Of a stretch of DNA of 64,000 bases, positions 10,110 to 22,537 are shown one piece after another; within the stretch, counting starts at the first letter, position 1, and every line of letters begins with the position of its first letter. The DNA is from an uncultured Verrucomicrobiota bacterium (GTDB lineage: Bacteria > Verrucomicrobiota > Verrucomicrobiia > Limisphaerales > UBA9464), in assembly GCA_903854475.1 (NCBI GenBank), contig CAINWP010000076.1, positions 58,112 through 122,111 of the forward strand. The letters are read 5' to 3'. Both the position numbers and the translations under genes were made by a program. The notes under the pieces are model-generated. The model was not told the origin of the DNA. It saw only the letters and a list, made by a program, of their open reading frames with translations, and did not search any database.

Positions 10110-12941
10110 TCAGTTTCCGCTGATGCGGAAGAAGGCCGCACTTTCGGTGACCGGCACCGTGGTCTTCAAGGCGTTGGTCGTAACCAAATTCTGCCATGGA
10201 ACATCCAAGGCACTCCGAACCTGCACGGTGTAAGGCGGCAGGCCTCCGGTCCAAGAAAGTCCGAGCGTGTTGCCCGTCAAAGTCACTGCCACTCGGATAG
10301 GCGTGGTCGGAACATCGAATCCTCCCAAGATGGCCGAGAACGGAGACGTCACAGCGGCCACCGGCACGGCGATCGTCGTATCGGTTGCGGCCACCGCATC
10401 CAGAACGTAGCTGGCCGAGACAGTGATTCGCTTCAAATCCGTGTCACTCATGGCCAGTCCGCTCAAATCAATGTCCACCAATCCCCCGTCCATCGAGGCG
10501 TCCAAGGTCACTTGCTTCAAGTGTTTGAGACTTTGAACCGAGCCATTGGGATATGCCTCTGAAGTCGCCGTCAAACCCGACGGATCCGCCAAAGCCACAT
10601 CCACCTGAATACCTCCCGTCGCGTTGCTCGGGTTGCGTGCTGGCACCCGAACTGAAAGCGTAGTGACGGTGGAATTGGTCTGTATCACCGGCCGGACTTC
10701 ACCGGTCGGTTCGGCCAGAGCCAATCCATAGAATTTATCGACCGCCAGGCCGCTCGAGGCATCCCACGGAGCACTGCCGACATTTCCGGATAACACATTG
10801 CCGCGAAAGACGACTCGTGCCGGCTGGTCCGCTGTCCCATTGCTGCCGTGGAAACGAATCATCGGGGCACTCATCCCGGACAACGTGTTGGCTTCCAATG
10901 CATCGGATTCAGCCGGCCCGCTGAAGTCGGAACCCACCCGGAGGGTTGAATAGCTCCGGACCGTGGTGAGGCTAATCGGGGTCGGATTTTTAAAGAGCAC
11001 CGATCCCGACGGTCCGTAGCCAAAAGAATTTCCGGCTAGGACCACGCCGATCGCCGTGCGCCAAAACTCCACCACCACATCATAATTGAGCGGACCAAAA
11101 TAATTCCGCTCGTTGGCGTCATTGATGCCGTCCCCGTCGGTTCCGATGAGCATGAAATGGCCTCGTCCGTTCTCAATGGCTTCCATGTCGGTGAATTGCC
11201 CGAGATAGCCCGCCACTTGCGAATAATCGAAGACCGACCCATCGGGGAGATAGTTGAAGCGGTTGCCTGAAATCCGAGCATTGGGAGTCTCCAAATGGAC
11301 GGCCAACAATTGCCCTGTGATCAGGTTGTGTTCTGCCAAATCACCGAAGCCGTCTGAATCAGTACCGACTACCAATCCTTCGGAGGTAATATCATTGTCC
11401 CACTTGAAGGAAGCCACTGCGGCACGACCACCGCGAACTCCCAGAGCAGTGGGTTTAGCCGGATCAACGCCGAACCAGCAACCTTGGATACGGGCTTCGG
11501 TCGAAGACCCTACCAACGCCACTCCATAAATAAACGGGTCTTCAGCGGAATCGCCACCGGTCGCACTCAGCACGGCCACACCACGAAGGGTGAAGTTGCG
11601 AGAATTGAGAATCGGTAACATCGCGCTCTCGCTGTCTCCAAACCCATGATCTCCGTAGTCGGTCAGCGCGAAACGACCCCCGGTCCGTGAGTCGAGAACA
11701 ATCCGCAATTGGGCGGTGTCGGAACCCTGAAGCACATTGGTGTTTGCCGAAGCTCCCGGTTGGCTAAAGCCATCGATCAACACGTTGTCGGCCTGGATGA
11801 TCGGATAACCCAAGGTCGGTGTGACCAGATAATGCGGCCCGACACCAGGGATATTGAAGGTAATGCGGTCATTGGAGCGAACGTCTTTGAGCGCCTCCGC
11901 CAGAGAGGTTTTCCCATCACCCGCCGGAGAGGCGTTGTCCGCCGTGTTCACCACCACGGTACGCACCGTTTCAACGCGAAGATTGTCGATGAGCAGCCAA
12001 CTTTCCCCCTTCACCTCGGCCACGCCTGCAAAGGGATCCATGTAGCCCACCATCACTCGCCCGGATTTCCAGGGACTCGTGTTAGTGTGACGGCTAATGA
12101 TCCGCCCGTCGATCCTCCAGGTAATCACATCACCCACCTGACTCACTTCGACCTGAACCCACCGCTTACCCAGGACACCTGGGGCCTCGAACCGCGGTGA
12201 CGGAAACTGGGTTCGAAGGAAGGGCTCGTTGCCATCGTCATCCGGGTTACCATTGCCGTCGCGGTCTGGAACCCCCGCGGCTTCGCCATCCAGGTAACGA
12301 CTGGCTTGTCCGGCCTGTCCTTCCCAGCTTTGAAGACCCCGCGCTGCGCCATCGTCTCCGACAACCCCAAACCAGAGGCCATCACTGCCGCTCCCGCCGA
12401 CGGCCTCGGCCGCGAAATCCTCTCGCTGTTCCGCTCCCGACAGCACGCCCCAGTTGACCAAATCTCCCGAGTGGTTCAAACCGAACGTCAGGAACTCAGA
12501 GGTTCCGACTCCACTGTCTGCAAAGGACGCATGGTTCAAGAACGCGTCGAACTTGAGAACATAGTCTCCGGAAAAATTCGCGGTCTTCGGGTAAAGGCTC
12601 AGGGCAAAGCGGCCCGGCTCGTCATCGTTCTTGTTGACCGTGATCTTAAGCCCCTTCGATCCACCCGCTGCGGAATTGGGCGCGGTCGGAACCGGCAAAT
12701 TTTCGGGCGTTGCCGTCTGGAATGAAAATCGGTTGAAGGTCAGAGCGCTGTAGTCGTACGACCAATCCAGAGTGTAGTCGTTGGTCGAGGTCCCTGCGTA
12801 ATACCCCACCCGCACATCATAGTTGGCCGAAGTGTTCGACTCGAACGCGTCTTTGAACACGGACTGTCCCATCAGGGAGGTGGAGAACAAGGTCACGGCT
12901 ACGAACGCGACGACGCTGGATTTCGGCATTTTCAAAGTCAT
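10110..12941 (-). CDS. large secreted protein (943 aa): N-terminal lectin/LamG-like region, probable parallel beta-helix core, C-terminal Ig/FN3-like domain
   Basis: Signal peptide MTLKMPKSSVVAFVAVTLFSTSLMGQ. The segment VVVNTADNASPAGDGKTSLAEALKDV resembles the CSLREA-type start of beta-helix passenger domains. The C-terminus ...LSWTGGLPPYTVQVRS...AAFFRISGN is a common PVC surface-protein ending. Function unknown. Confidence 0.6.
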   Translation of the reverse strand: MTLKMPKSSVVAFVAVTLFSTSLMGQSVFKDAFESNTSANYDVRVGYYAGTSTNDYTLDWSYDYSALTFNRFSFQTATPENLPVPTAPNSAAGGSKGLKITVNKNDDEPGRFALSLYPKTANFSGDYVLKFDAFLNHASFADSGVGTSEFLTFGLNHSGDLVNWGVLSGAEQREDFAAEAVGGSGSDGLWFGVVGDDGAARGLQSWEGQAGQASRYLDGEAAGVPDRDGNGNPDDDGNEPFLRTQFPSPRFEAPGVLGKRWVQVEVSQVGDVITWRIDGRIISRHTNTSPWKSGRVMVGYMDPFAGVAEVKGESWLLIDNLRVETVRTVVVNTADNASPAGDGKTSLAEALKDVRSNDRITFNIPGVGPHYLVTPTLGYPIIQADNVLIDGFSQPGASANTNVLQGSDTAQLRIVLDSRTGGRFALTDYGDHGFGDSESAMLPILNSRNFTLRGVAVLSATGGDSAEDPFIYGVALVGSSTEARIQGCWFGVDPAKPTALGVRGGRAAVASFKWDNDITSEGLVVGTDSDGFGDLAEHNLITGQLLAVHLETPNARISGNRFNYLPDGSVFDYSQVAGYLGQFTDMEAIENGRGHFMLIGTDGDGINDANERNYFGPLNYDVVVEFWRTAIGVVLAGNSFGYGPSGSVLFKNPTPISLTTVRSYSTLRVGSDFSGPAESDALEANTLSGMSAPMIRFHGSNGTADQPARVVFRGNVLSGNVGSAPWDASSGLAVDKFYGLALAEPTGEVRPVIQTNSTVTTLSVRVPARNPSNATGGIQVDVALADPSGLTATSEAYPNGSVQSLKHLKQVTLDASMDGGLVDIDLSGLAMSDTDLKRITVSASYVLDAVAATDTTIAVPVAAVTSPFSAILGGFDVPTTPIRVAVTLTGNTLGLSWTGGLPPYTVQVRSALDVPWQNLVTTNALKTTVPVTESAAFFRISGN

Positions 12942-13085
12942 GGTGGATCGGGCCGTTCAGACAGCGCGACGGCTTGACTCGGGTATTACGCCCCGCTTCG
13001 ATGCCGTCGAGGGTTTAATTCCAACGCCGGACCCGAAAAGGCTTCACCAACGGGCGTTCAGTCTTTTTGATCCGAGACCGGTTTC

Positions 13086-14465
13086 ATGATGACCTTGAAC
13101 TTTTGCCCATTGGGTTTCCGATGTCTTTGTCTGATCTTGGCAGGGTTCTCAGCCCTAGCCGCGGAGGGTCCCTGGCGCCTTCGCTCGGCACTTGATCTTC
13201 CTGAGTGGGCCGATATTGGCCTGGAACAACGGCTTCGGTACGAATCTCTCGGCAACAATTTTCGCGCCGGGCGTCCGGGCAGCGACCAGGCGCTGGCACT
13301 CCGAACCAGCCTGCTCGGACAAATCAAAACCGAGCCCGTGGGGTTGTTGGCTGAGGTCATGGATTCTCGGCAGTACCTCTCCGATTCGGGCAGCGCTATC
13401 GACACAACGCAGGTCAATGCTGTGGATTTGCTTCAGGCTCAGGTTCGTTGGGATGCCGGCCCCCTCTTCTCCGGCGGCAAGCACCGAATCCAGTTCGGTC
13501 GCGAAACCCTCGATTTGGGGAATCGGCGATTGGTTGCACGCAACGCCTATCGCAACACCATCAATTCCTTCACTGGTGTCGATTGGCTTTGGACGAGTGA
13601 TTCCGATGCCTCCATTCGAAGCGTTGCGTTCCTGCCGGTCCGACGTCTTCCCGAAGATGCTCCGTCCCTACTCGACAACCAGATCACCGCCGACACCCAG
13701 AGTTTCGGTCAACAATTCTATGGCGTGTACGCGACCTCTCGCCGCCTTGGATTGGATGCTCGGGTAGAAGCCTATTGGTTAGGCCTTTTTGAAGACACCG
13801 ATCCCTCGCGTCGCCATCGACGATTGCACACAACCGGGAGTCGTCTCTTCCGCAATGCCAAACCCGGCCAATGGGATTTCGAAGCCGAGGCGTCCCTGCA
13901 ACGAGGCTCATCGCGATCGGGAACTGGCCTGTCCGCCGATCTCGACCACACGGCTTGGATGTTCCAAAGCGGGGCCGGGTATACGTGGGAGGCCCGCGGC
14001 ACACCTCGATTGGGTGTTCGCGTCGACCAAGCCAGCGGCGATCGCAACCCCAATGATGGGCAGAATCAGCGCTTCGACACGCTCTTCGGAGCACGCCGCT
14101 TTGAATTTGGTCCCACTGGCCTCTACGGCGCGATTGCCCGAGCCAACCTCCGATCACCGGAAATTCGGGGTTCCATCCGACCCACTAAAACTCTGGAAAC
14201 CACTCTGAGCCACCGGTGGATTTGGTTGGAAAGTCCCTTCGACGCCTTCACTGCCGCTGGGGTACGGGATTCCTCCGGACTTTCTGGATCTTATGTAGGA
14301 CAACAACTGGAAGCTCGGATCCGCTGGGACATCCTTCCGGGTAACTGTCGCCTCGATACCGGTGTGGCCACTCTCTTCAAGGGCTCCTTTCTACAAAATG
14401 CCCCGAATGCGAATCCGAATGGCGACACCCTTTATGCGTGGGTGGAGTGTACCGTCACTTTTTGA
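13086..14465 (+). CDS. outer-membrane beta-barrel, alginate-export (AlgE-like) family porin
   Basis: Signal peptide, an EQRLRYESL motif near the N-terminus, alternating beta-strand pattern, and a terminal aromatic residue (WVECTVTF). Confidence 0.65.
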   Translation: MMTLNFCPLGFRCLCLILAGFSALAAEGPWRLRSALDLPEWADIGLEQRLRYESLGNNFRAGRPGSDQALALRTSLLGQIKTEPVGLLAEVMDSRQYLSDSGSAIDTTQVNAVDLLQAQVRWDAGPLFSGGKHRIQFGRETLDLGNRRLVARNAYRNTINSFTGVDWLWTSDSDASIRSVAFLPVRRLPEDAPSLLDNQITADTQSFGQQFYGVYATSRRLGLDARVEAYWLGLFEDTDPSRRHRRLHTTGSRLFRNAKPGQWDFEAEASLQRGSSRSGTGLSADLDHTAWMFQSGAGYTWEARGTPRLGVRVDQASGDRNPNDGQNQRFDTLFGARRFEFGPTGLYGAIARANLRSPEIRGSIRPTKTLETTLSHRWIWLESPFDAFTAAGVRDSSGLSGSYVGQQLEARIRWDILPGNCRLDTGVATLFKGSFLQNAPNANPNGDTLYAWVECTVTF

Positions 14466-14517
14466 GACCCGGATTCGGTTTCCATCCTCACCACGACCCA
14501 GATAGCCTTTTGGTTTC

Positions 14518-14853
14518 ATGAGTAAACCTGGCTGCCCGATGTGTGAGATGACCGATGTGATGGAACACCCCGAGAAATGGGAGTGCCTCACTTGCGGGCA
14601 TGAGTGGGAACGCGCAACGGAAGCCGAGGCCCCAGACGCACCCCGGATCGTGAAGGATGCTCATGGCACCGTGCTCAATGACGGCGATTGCGTGATCCTC
14701 ATAAAAGATCTTCCCCTGCGCGGTTCCTCCGGAGTTCTCAAAGGCGGGTCAAAATCCAAACCCATCCGTCTGGTCGATGAAGATCACGAAATTTCCTGCA
14801 AGATCGATGGGGTCGCCCTCGGTCTGAAAGCCTGCTTCGTGCGCAAGGCCTGA
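14518..14853 (+). CDS. phnA: zinc-ribbon protein PhnA/YjdM
   Basis: N-terminal CPMC...CLTCGHEW zinc ribbon and a conserved C-terminal half (VKDAHGTVLNDGDCVILIKDLPLRGSS...KSKPIRLVDEDHEISCKIDG). Confidence 0.9.
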   Translation: MSKPGCPMCEMTDVMEHPEKWECLTCGHEWERATEAEAPDAPRIVKDAHGTVLNDGDCVILIKDLPLRGSSGVLKGGSKSKPIRLVDEDHEISCKIDGVALGLKACFVRKA

Positions 14854-14926
14854 ACTACAAGCCCCAAACACTCTGGGCGTTGCATCTGAATCAGAGCTCG
14901 TAACCGTTCCGATCGACTCCAGCGTT

Positions 14927-14963
14927 GCCGCAACGATACTGACTGCAACTGCATCGTTGCGGC
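14927..14963. terminator. 11-bp inverted repeat between convergent phnA and thiC (possible bidirectional terminator, no U-tract)
   Basis: gccgcaacgat (14927-14937) pairs with atcgttgcggc (14953-14963). Confidence 0.3.
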
Positions 14964-14982
14964 TGAGCTCAACGACTCCGGC

Positions 14983-17138
<2,156 letters not shown>

Positions 17139-17295
17139 TCCCCGAACGAGCCGAAGTATGGACTTGGACCGCGTCCTCGCCAAAAGGAAAGTAATCCAGC
17201 TCCTGTAATCCTCGGATGCTTTGGCCCGGACCCTCTCGGATTACACCTAAAGTTGGATTCCACCCGTGTCTGGTCGCGGCGGTCTCATCTTGCGA

Positions 17296-18156
17296 TCAGG
17301 TGGCTGGTATGAACCGCTGAGCCAAGAGCGAAAGGATGAAGAGCCCTACATACAGTCCCATCCCGCTGGGATCGGGGGCAATGGCGAGCAAGTCCACCAG
17401 ACAAATGCCGGCCAAAAGTCCGGAGACAGTCCGGCCGAAGTGGGGTTGGGCCCGACCCACGGTATGGCTCAGACTCCAGACGGTCCAAGGCAGCACCAAA
17501 AGACCGGCTAGAATCACGCCCAAGCCCGGATCGTCTCCATGGACTAATCCGGCCAAAAGTCCGGGTATCGCCAAAAATACCAATGGCCAATAGGCCATCG
17601 GACCCCTTCGGCTTTCCCGCCGAGCGATATAGCTCAGGCCCACAATCCACGCCGACAGCGCCAAGGCAGCCCACACGACTTCTCCGGTGACTCCACGTTC
17701 CCCGACCGATGCCACCGTCAGGAAGAGGAAGAAACGACAGGCTGCCATCAAGACTGGGGAGAGCGTGACTCGCTTGTGGATCCAATCGTAAAGGATGACC
17801 GAACCGGCCAGCAGTCCGACAAAGAACGTGGTCCACCAGCCCTGCACTGCCAACCCAATGACGCCCGCCACCATGAGAGACCACCCCACCTGCCAGACTC
17901 GAAGCTCAGAAACCGCTCCCGAGGGTATGGGTCTCTCTCGACGAAACTGGCGGTCAAACTCGGCGTCGAACGCGTCGTTCAAGACCATGCCTCCGATGTA
18001 AATCGAACTGGCTGATACTATCACCGCGCCCATTCGGCCGAATTCCAGCCCTCCTCCCAAGACCCCTGCAGCCACACAATTGGACCACACCGTCGGCAAA
18101 TTAGAGGCCCGTGCGAGGATTAGCCAAGATCTCCATGATGGGGTTGTGGAACTCAA
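17296..18156 (-). CDS. UbiA family prenyltransferase
   Basis: Polytopic membrane protein with LNDAFDAEFD (NDxxDxxxD) followed by RERPIPSGAVS. Apparent TTG start. Confidence 0.8.
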   Translation of the reverse strand: MSSTTPSWRSWLILARASNLPTVWSNCVAAGVLGGGLEFGRMGAVIVSASSIYIGGMVLNDAFDAEFDRQFRRERPIPSGAVSELRVWQVGWSLMVAGVIGLAVQGWWTTFFVGLLAGSVILYDWIHKRVTLSPVLMAACRFFLFLTVASVGERGVTGEVVWAALALSAWIVGLSYIARRESRRGPMAYWPLVFLAIPGLLAGLVHGDDPGLGVILAGLLVLPWTVWSLSHTVGRAQPHFGRTVSGLLAGICLVDLLAIAPDPSGMGLYVGLFILSLLAQRFIPAT

Positions 18157-18185
18157 GATCGGGGATTCCCTTCTGATGGCCCGCT

Positions 18186-19613
18186 TCAGTCAAGCGCTCG
18201 GATCTTCACTCCATCCACGATCCGCTCTCCGGAAGCCATGTTGGTGACAACGACAACCGTATCACCGCGTCGCAACAATCCGTCGTTCATAAGTTGGGCG
18301 ACTGCCGCATCGACGGTTCGATCCGGATCTTGAGAATTAAACGCCACCACCCGGGGAATGACTCCGCGCAGCAAGGTTAACCCATCGGCGGTGGGCCATC
18401 GATCGGTGAACGCGTAAACGACCGAATGGCGCGGCCGCATCCAAGAGGCAAACCGAGCCATGTGGCCTCGTTTGGTGAAAACCAAGATGGCATCGGCTTT
18501 GATGTCATCAGCGAGTCCCACGGCACTCCGTACCAACTTCTGTCGCGAAGACGTGAGCTCGGCTTTTTCCTGATAGTTAGTCCCACCACTGCGCTCAATG
18601 CGTCGGGCGATCGTGTCCATGACTTCGATGCAACCCAGGGGATGTTTTCCGACGGTGGTCTCACCACTGAGCATGATGGCGTCGCTCTGCTCGTAGACCG
18701 CATTCGCCACGTCTGTAATTTCGGCTCGGGTCGGCGTCGGACTTTGGATCATGCTCTCCAACATGTGAGTGGCCACGATCACCGGTCGGCCCAGTTGCTG
18801 ACAGGTTTTGACGATTCGCCGCTGAATGATGGGCAACTCCTCATAGTTGCACTCAATTCCCAAATCGCCGCGGGCCACCATGATTACATCGGCCTCTCGG
18901 GCAATCGCATCAAAATGGTTGACGGCGAACTGGTGCTCAATCTTCGCGACGATTTGCGGTTGGTGGGCGGAGGGGTGTTGTTTCAGAAAGGCCCTCAGTA
19001 ACTCGATGTCCTTAGATTCGCGCACGAAACTCAAGGCGATGTAGTCGACGCCGACTTCGAGTCCCAGTTGGATGTCTTCCTTGTCCTTTTCTGTTAGCGC
19101 AGGGAGCGAAACGTGGACCCCAGGCAAATTAATATGCCGACGACTGCCTAAGGTTCCGTCGGTGAGGACTTCACATTCCACGGTGTCTGCCGTCTTCGAC
19201 AAAATCCGCATCTTCATTTCCCCGTTGTCCACGATGAGCGTGTCTCCGGCATGCACGTCATCGGCAAATTGATCGTAGCCGACGCTGGTCCACTTGCCCT
19301 GGGTCGGGATTTTTCCGCGGACTGTAAAGGTGAACTGCTCTCCAACAGACAACGGAATCTTTTCCGCTACGTCACCCGTCCGGATCGAAGGACCTTGGGT
19401 ATCTAAAAGAATTCCTATGGCCCGCTGATGCCGTTCGGACAAACGACGGATATCTTGAACCACGCGGCGCACCCATTCCGGTTGGGCGTGACTCATGTTG
19501 AGCCTGAGGACATTCACCCCAGCTAGAATGAGGCGCTCCAACATCTCTGGCGAATCGGTGGCCGGGCCCAGTGTGGCGATGATTTTGGTTTTTCTGATAC
19601 CGTAGATGCTCAT
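18186..19613 (-). CDS. pyk: pyruvate kinase
   Basis: KTKIIATLGPATDSPE...LNMSHA, MVARGDLGIE and other full-length PK features. Confidence 0.95.
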   Translation of the reverse strand: MSIYGIRKTKIIATLGPATDSPEMLERLILAGVNVLRLNMSHAQPEWVRRVVQDIRRLSERHQRAIGILLDTQGPSIRTGDVAEKIPLSVGEQFTFTVRGKIPTQGKWTSVGYDQFADDVHAGDTLIVDNGEMKMRILSKTADTVECEVLTDGTLGSRRHINLPGVHVSLPALTEKDKEDIQLGLEVGVDYIALSFVRESKDIELLRAFLKQHPSAHQPQIVAKIEHQFAVNHFDAIAREADVIMVARGDLGIECNYEELPIIQRRIVKTCQQLGRPVIVATHMLESMIQSPTPTRAEITDVANAVYEQSDAIMLSGETTVGKHPLGCIEVMDTIARRIERSGGTNYQEKAELTSSRQKLVRSAVGLADDIKADAILVFTKRGHMARFASWMRPRHSVVYAFTDRWPTADGLTLLRGVIPRVVAFNSQDPDRTVDAAVAQLMNDGLLRRGDTVVVVTNMASGERIVDGVKIRALD

Positions 19614-19720
19614 GGGTCTTCTGGTTTGGGTTTGTCTGGTCGGAGCATCACTCCGTCTGCAGCTGGGTCAACGGCGCTTGGCAAATGATCCGATTGATTA
19701 GACTCTGAACTTCGGACCTG

Positions 19721-20728
19721 ATGTCTTCTGAATACTTGCAATTGTTGGACGCGACGATCGCCCACTTGGAATCCTTGAAAGATCGAGGAGCAGGTTGGGT
19801 CCCAGTGCGTCGCGAAACTCTCCTTTCAATTGTTGGCCCCTCTCTCAAGCCGGTTCCATCGGTCGCACGGCGCGAGATTCCGAAAATGGTGAGGCCCGTC
19901 TTTCAGGGTACTCTGAGTGCTTCTGTCACTTCTGAACATTTGACCTCAGCGTCTCCTCAGTCGTCAGTCATTCCTAGTGTTGTCCGTTCAGAGGCTGCGA
20001 TGTCGCGGTGGTCCAAGGCTGTTTCGGTAGTTCCTCTGACCTCGTCTAGTTCTAAAACCTCTTTCGTCGCAGCCCCCGTGTCTTCTCCGTTGCTTCCGGA
20101 CGCGAGAGCTGCAGCGATGGCAGAGCTTCGATCTCAAATTCTCGCCTGTTCCCGCTGCTCTCATTTGGCTTCATCTCGGCATTCGGTGGTCTTTGGCGTT
20201 GGTGACATCCATGCCAAAATCTTGTTTGTCGGCGAAGCGCCTGGAACTGAAGATGATCTTTGTGGTGAACCGTTTATGGGTCCAGCCGGCGAACTACTCA
20301 CAAAAATTCTAACAGCGATGGGTTTAAGTCGGGATTCGGTTTTTTTAACCGCCCTGCTCAAATGTCGCCCAGATACTCCCGGTGATTCGGCAGGCAATCG
20401 CAAACCCAGACCAGAGGAGGTTTCGACGTGTCTTCCTTGGTTAGAACGGCAAATCGACCTGGTTCAGCCTCGAGTCGTGGTGGCTTTAGGAGCGAGCGCT
20501 TCTGAAGGACTCTTGGGCAAAGGAGTCACCGGAATCACCCATTTGCGGGGTTCGTGGCAAAATTATCGAGGCATGCCTCTGATGCCAACGTATCATCCAG
20601 CCTACCTGCTTCGAAATCAGGCCCTTTCAGAAAAACGGAAAGTTTGGGAAGACATGCTTCAGGTGATGGAGCGGGCGGGCTATCCGGTCTCGAACAAGCA
20701 ACGCTGTTTTTTTCAGATCAAAGATTAG
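19721..20728 (+). CDS. uracil-DNA glycosylase family 4 with a Ser-rich N-terminal extension
   Basis: C-terminal 200 aa carry CSRC...ILFVGEAPGTEDDLCGEPFMGPAGELL...HPAYLLRN. The N-terminal 130 aa are low complexity, so the start is uncertain. Confidence 0.8.
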   Translation: MSSEYLQLLDATIAHLESLKDRGAGWVPVRRETLLSIVGPSLKPVPSVARREIPKMVRPVFQGTLSASVTSEHLTSASPQSSVIPSVVRSEAAMSRWSKAVSVVPLTSSSSKTSFVAAPVSSPLLPDARAAAMAELRSQILACSRCSHLASSRHSVVFGVGDIHAKILFVGEAPGTEDDLCGEPFMGPAGELLTKILTAMGLSRDSVFLTALLKCRPDTPGDSAGNRKPRPEEVSTCLPWLERQIDLVQPRVVVALGASASEGLLGKGVTGITHLRGSWQNYRGMPLMPTYHPAYLLRNQALSEKRKVWEDMLQVMERAGYPVSNKQRCFFQIKD

Positions 20729-20775
20729 TTTAGCTTTTTATTCGTCTCGAAAAACTCTCTGCCGGTTTCTTTTTT

Positions 20776-21057
20776 TCAACGGTCATCGATAACCAACTGG
20801 GTCTCGGCGGCCTGAATCCAGGACCAATCCCGATCGGTTAAACCATCCGTTTCATGCGTCGTCAGCTTCAAAGTCACTCGATTCCAACGGATATCGATGT
20901 CTGGATGGTGGTTCCGTTGCTCGGCGAGACTAGCAACCCGGTTTACCCAGAGCATAGCGGTTCGAAAATTTGTAAACACTTCAGTTCGGACCAAACACCG
21001 CCCTTCCAAGGTCCATCCTCGGATAGTGGCGGTTCGGTCGCTGGCCATCGCTTCCAT
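20776..21057 (-). CDS. phhB: 4a-hydroxytetrahydrobiopterin dehydratase
   Basis: GW...F.F..F..A..F...VA..AE..NHHPDI.I.WNRV.L.L.TH pattern (AEQRNHHPDIDIRWNRVTLKLTTHE). Trimmed to ATG 21057. Confidence 0.85.
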   Translation of the reverse strand: MEAMASDRTATIRGWTLEGRCLVRTEVFTNFRTAMLWVNRVASLAEQRNHHPDIDIRWNRVTLKLTTHETDGLTDRDWSWIQAAETQLVIDDR

Positions 21058-21330
21058 TCGAGGCAAACGGTAAGAACGGTTTCTTCGGGTACAAGCTTCG
21101 CGCTCAGGAAGTTCTTCGCAGAACTTTGGGAACAACGGTCTAAAGGAGTGCCGATAGGGGCCCAACAACGGCAGTTTCAGCCTTCGGCCCGGGTTGTTCC
21201 CAAAACAGTTCACCGTCAGGGATTCTTATTTCAGCCCTGTTTGACAGGGTTTGCTCCGGTTGTAGGGTTTGTTCACAGTCCTTATTAAGGACTTTCTCTT
21301 TGAAGACTCTCCATTGATATTAAGCCGAAC

Positions 21331-22446
21331 ATGAAACTGACGATAGCCAAGGATCAGCTGCTCGTTGGCCTTCAGGCCGTGCAGAACATCGTGGGGTCAC
21401 GATCAACGCTTCCCATCTTGTCCAATGTTCTGTTGGAGACCGGCGACGGGCGTCTCTCGCTGACTGCGACCGATTTAGATGTCACGATCACCTGTTCGGT
21501 CGCCGCCACCGTAGAGAAGTCCGGTCGAGCCACGCTACCCGTGAAGAAGCTCGTAGACATCACTCGAGAGCTCACTTCTACGGACATTGAGATCGAAATC
21601 GACGAAAAGTCAGTGGCTTCGATTCGCGCCGGAAGCGCTTTTTTCAAGGTCAACGGCCTAGCGGCCGAGGAATTTCCTCCGCTGCCGGTATTCGCTCAGA
21701 ACCGCACGGTGGTCATTCCTCAGGACAAACTTAAAGGGATGCTCCGTAAAACGAGTTTCGCCGTGTCGACGGACGAAAGCCGTTTTGTGCTCAATGGAAT
21801 CTATATCAGCCTCAAGGAAAACAAGCTGATCTTGGTGGCCACTGATGGACGGCGGCTCGCCTTGTGCGAAGAGGAATTTGAGATTTCAGCCGACAATCAG
21901 GCTGATTTTATCCTTCCCACCAAAGCGATCAACGAACTGACACGCCTGCTACAGGGTGGGGGTAATGTGGAGGTGAAGTTTACGGAGAACCAAGCTTCGT
22001 TTGCGACCAAGCCCGCCACCGAAGGCGCCGTTTCGGCCATCCTTGTGACCAAGTTGGTCGACGGGGTGTATCCGAACTATCGCCAGGTGATCCCAGCCGA
22101 GCCGTTGGAGCGTGTGCCGCTCAACAGAGAAGAGTTCCTCAAGTCACTGCGTCTGGCTGAAATCATGACCACCGATAAGCAAAATTCGGTGAAGTTGACC
22201 TTCAGCCGCAATCAGTTGGCCATTACTGCCAATGCCCCAGAAGTGGGTGAGGCCCGTCAAACGGTGGCCATTAAGTATCAAGGCAAGGATTTCGCCATCG
22301 CTTTCAACCCTGGCTACCTCATGGATCCCTTGAAAGCCTTGGACACCGATGAGGTTTATTTTGAACTCATCGACGAACTGAGCCCGGGAGTTCTAAAGAC
22401 CAACGAGCCATTCCTGTACGTGATTATGCCGATGCGCATGAGCTGA
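21331..22446 (+). CDS. dnaN: DNA polymerase III subunit beta (sliding clamp)
   Basis: Full-length DnaN similarity (MKLTIAKDQLLVGLQAVQNIVGSRSTLPILSNVLLE...LVATDGRRLA...MPMRM). Confidence 0.95.
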   Translation: MKLTIAKDQLLVGLQAVQNIVGSRSTLPILSNVLLETGDGRLSLTATDLDVTITCSVAATVEKSGRATLPVKKLVDITRELTSTDIEIEIDEKSVASIRAGSAFFKVNGLAAEEFPPLPVFAQNRTVVIPQDKLKGMLRKTSFAVSTDESRFVLNGIYISLKENKLILVATDGRRLALCEEEFEISADNQADFILPTKAINELTRLLQGGGNVEVKFTENQASFATKPATEGAVSAILVTKLVDGVYPNYRQVIPAEPLERVPLNREEFLKSLRLAEIMTTDKQNSVKLTFSRNQLAITANAPEVGEARQTVAIKYQGKDFAIAFNPGYLMDPLKALDTDEVYFELIDELSPGVLKTNEPFLYVIMPMRMS

Positions 22447-22537
22447 AGGAGGGGTTCGTCGAACAATGAGCCTGCTCTAAGCGGCACATTCCCCGGTTGC
22501 GCCAGACCGACCCGATGAGGTTGACTCTGGGTCTTCC

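Noticed and set aside
21058-21330. Possible oriC / DnaA-box cluster directly upstream of dnaN
   Set aside because: Only one 2-mismatch DnaA-box-like 9-mer was found, with no AT-rich unwinding element and no dnaA gene.
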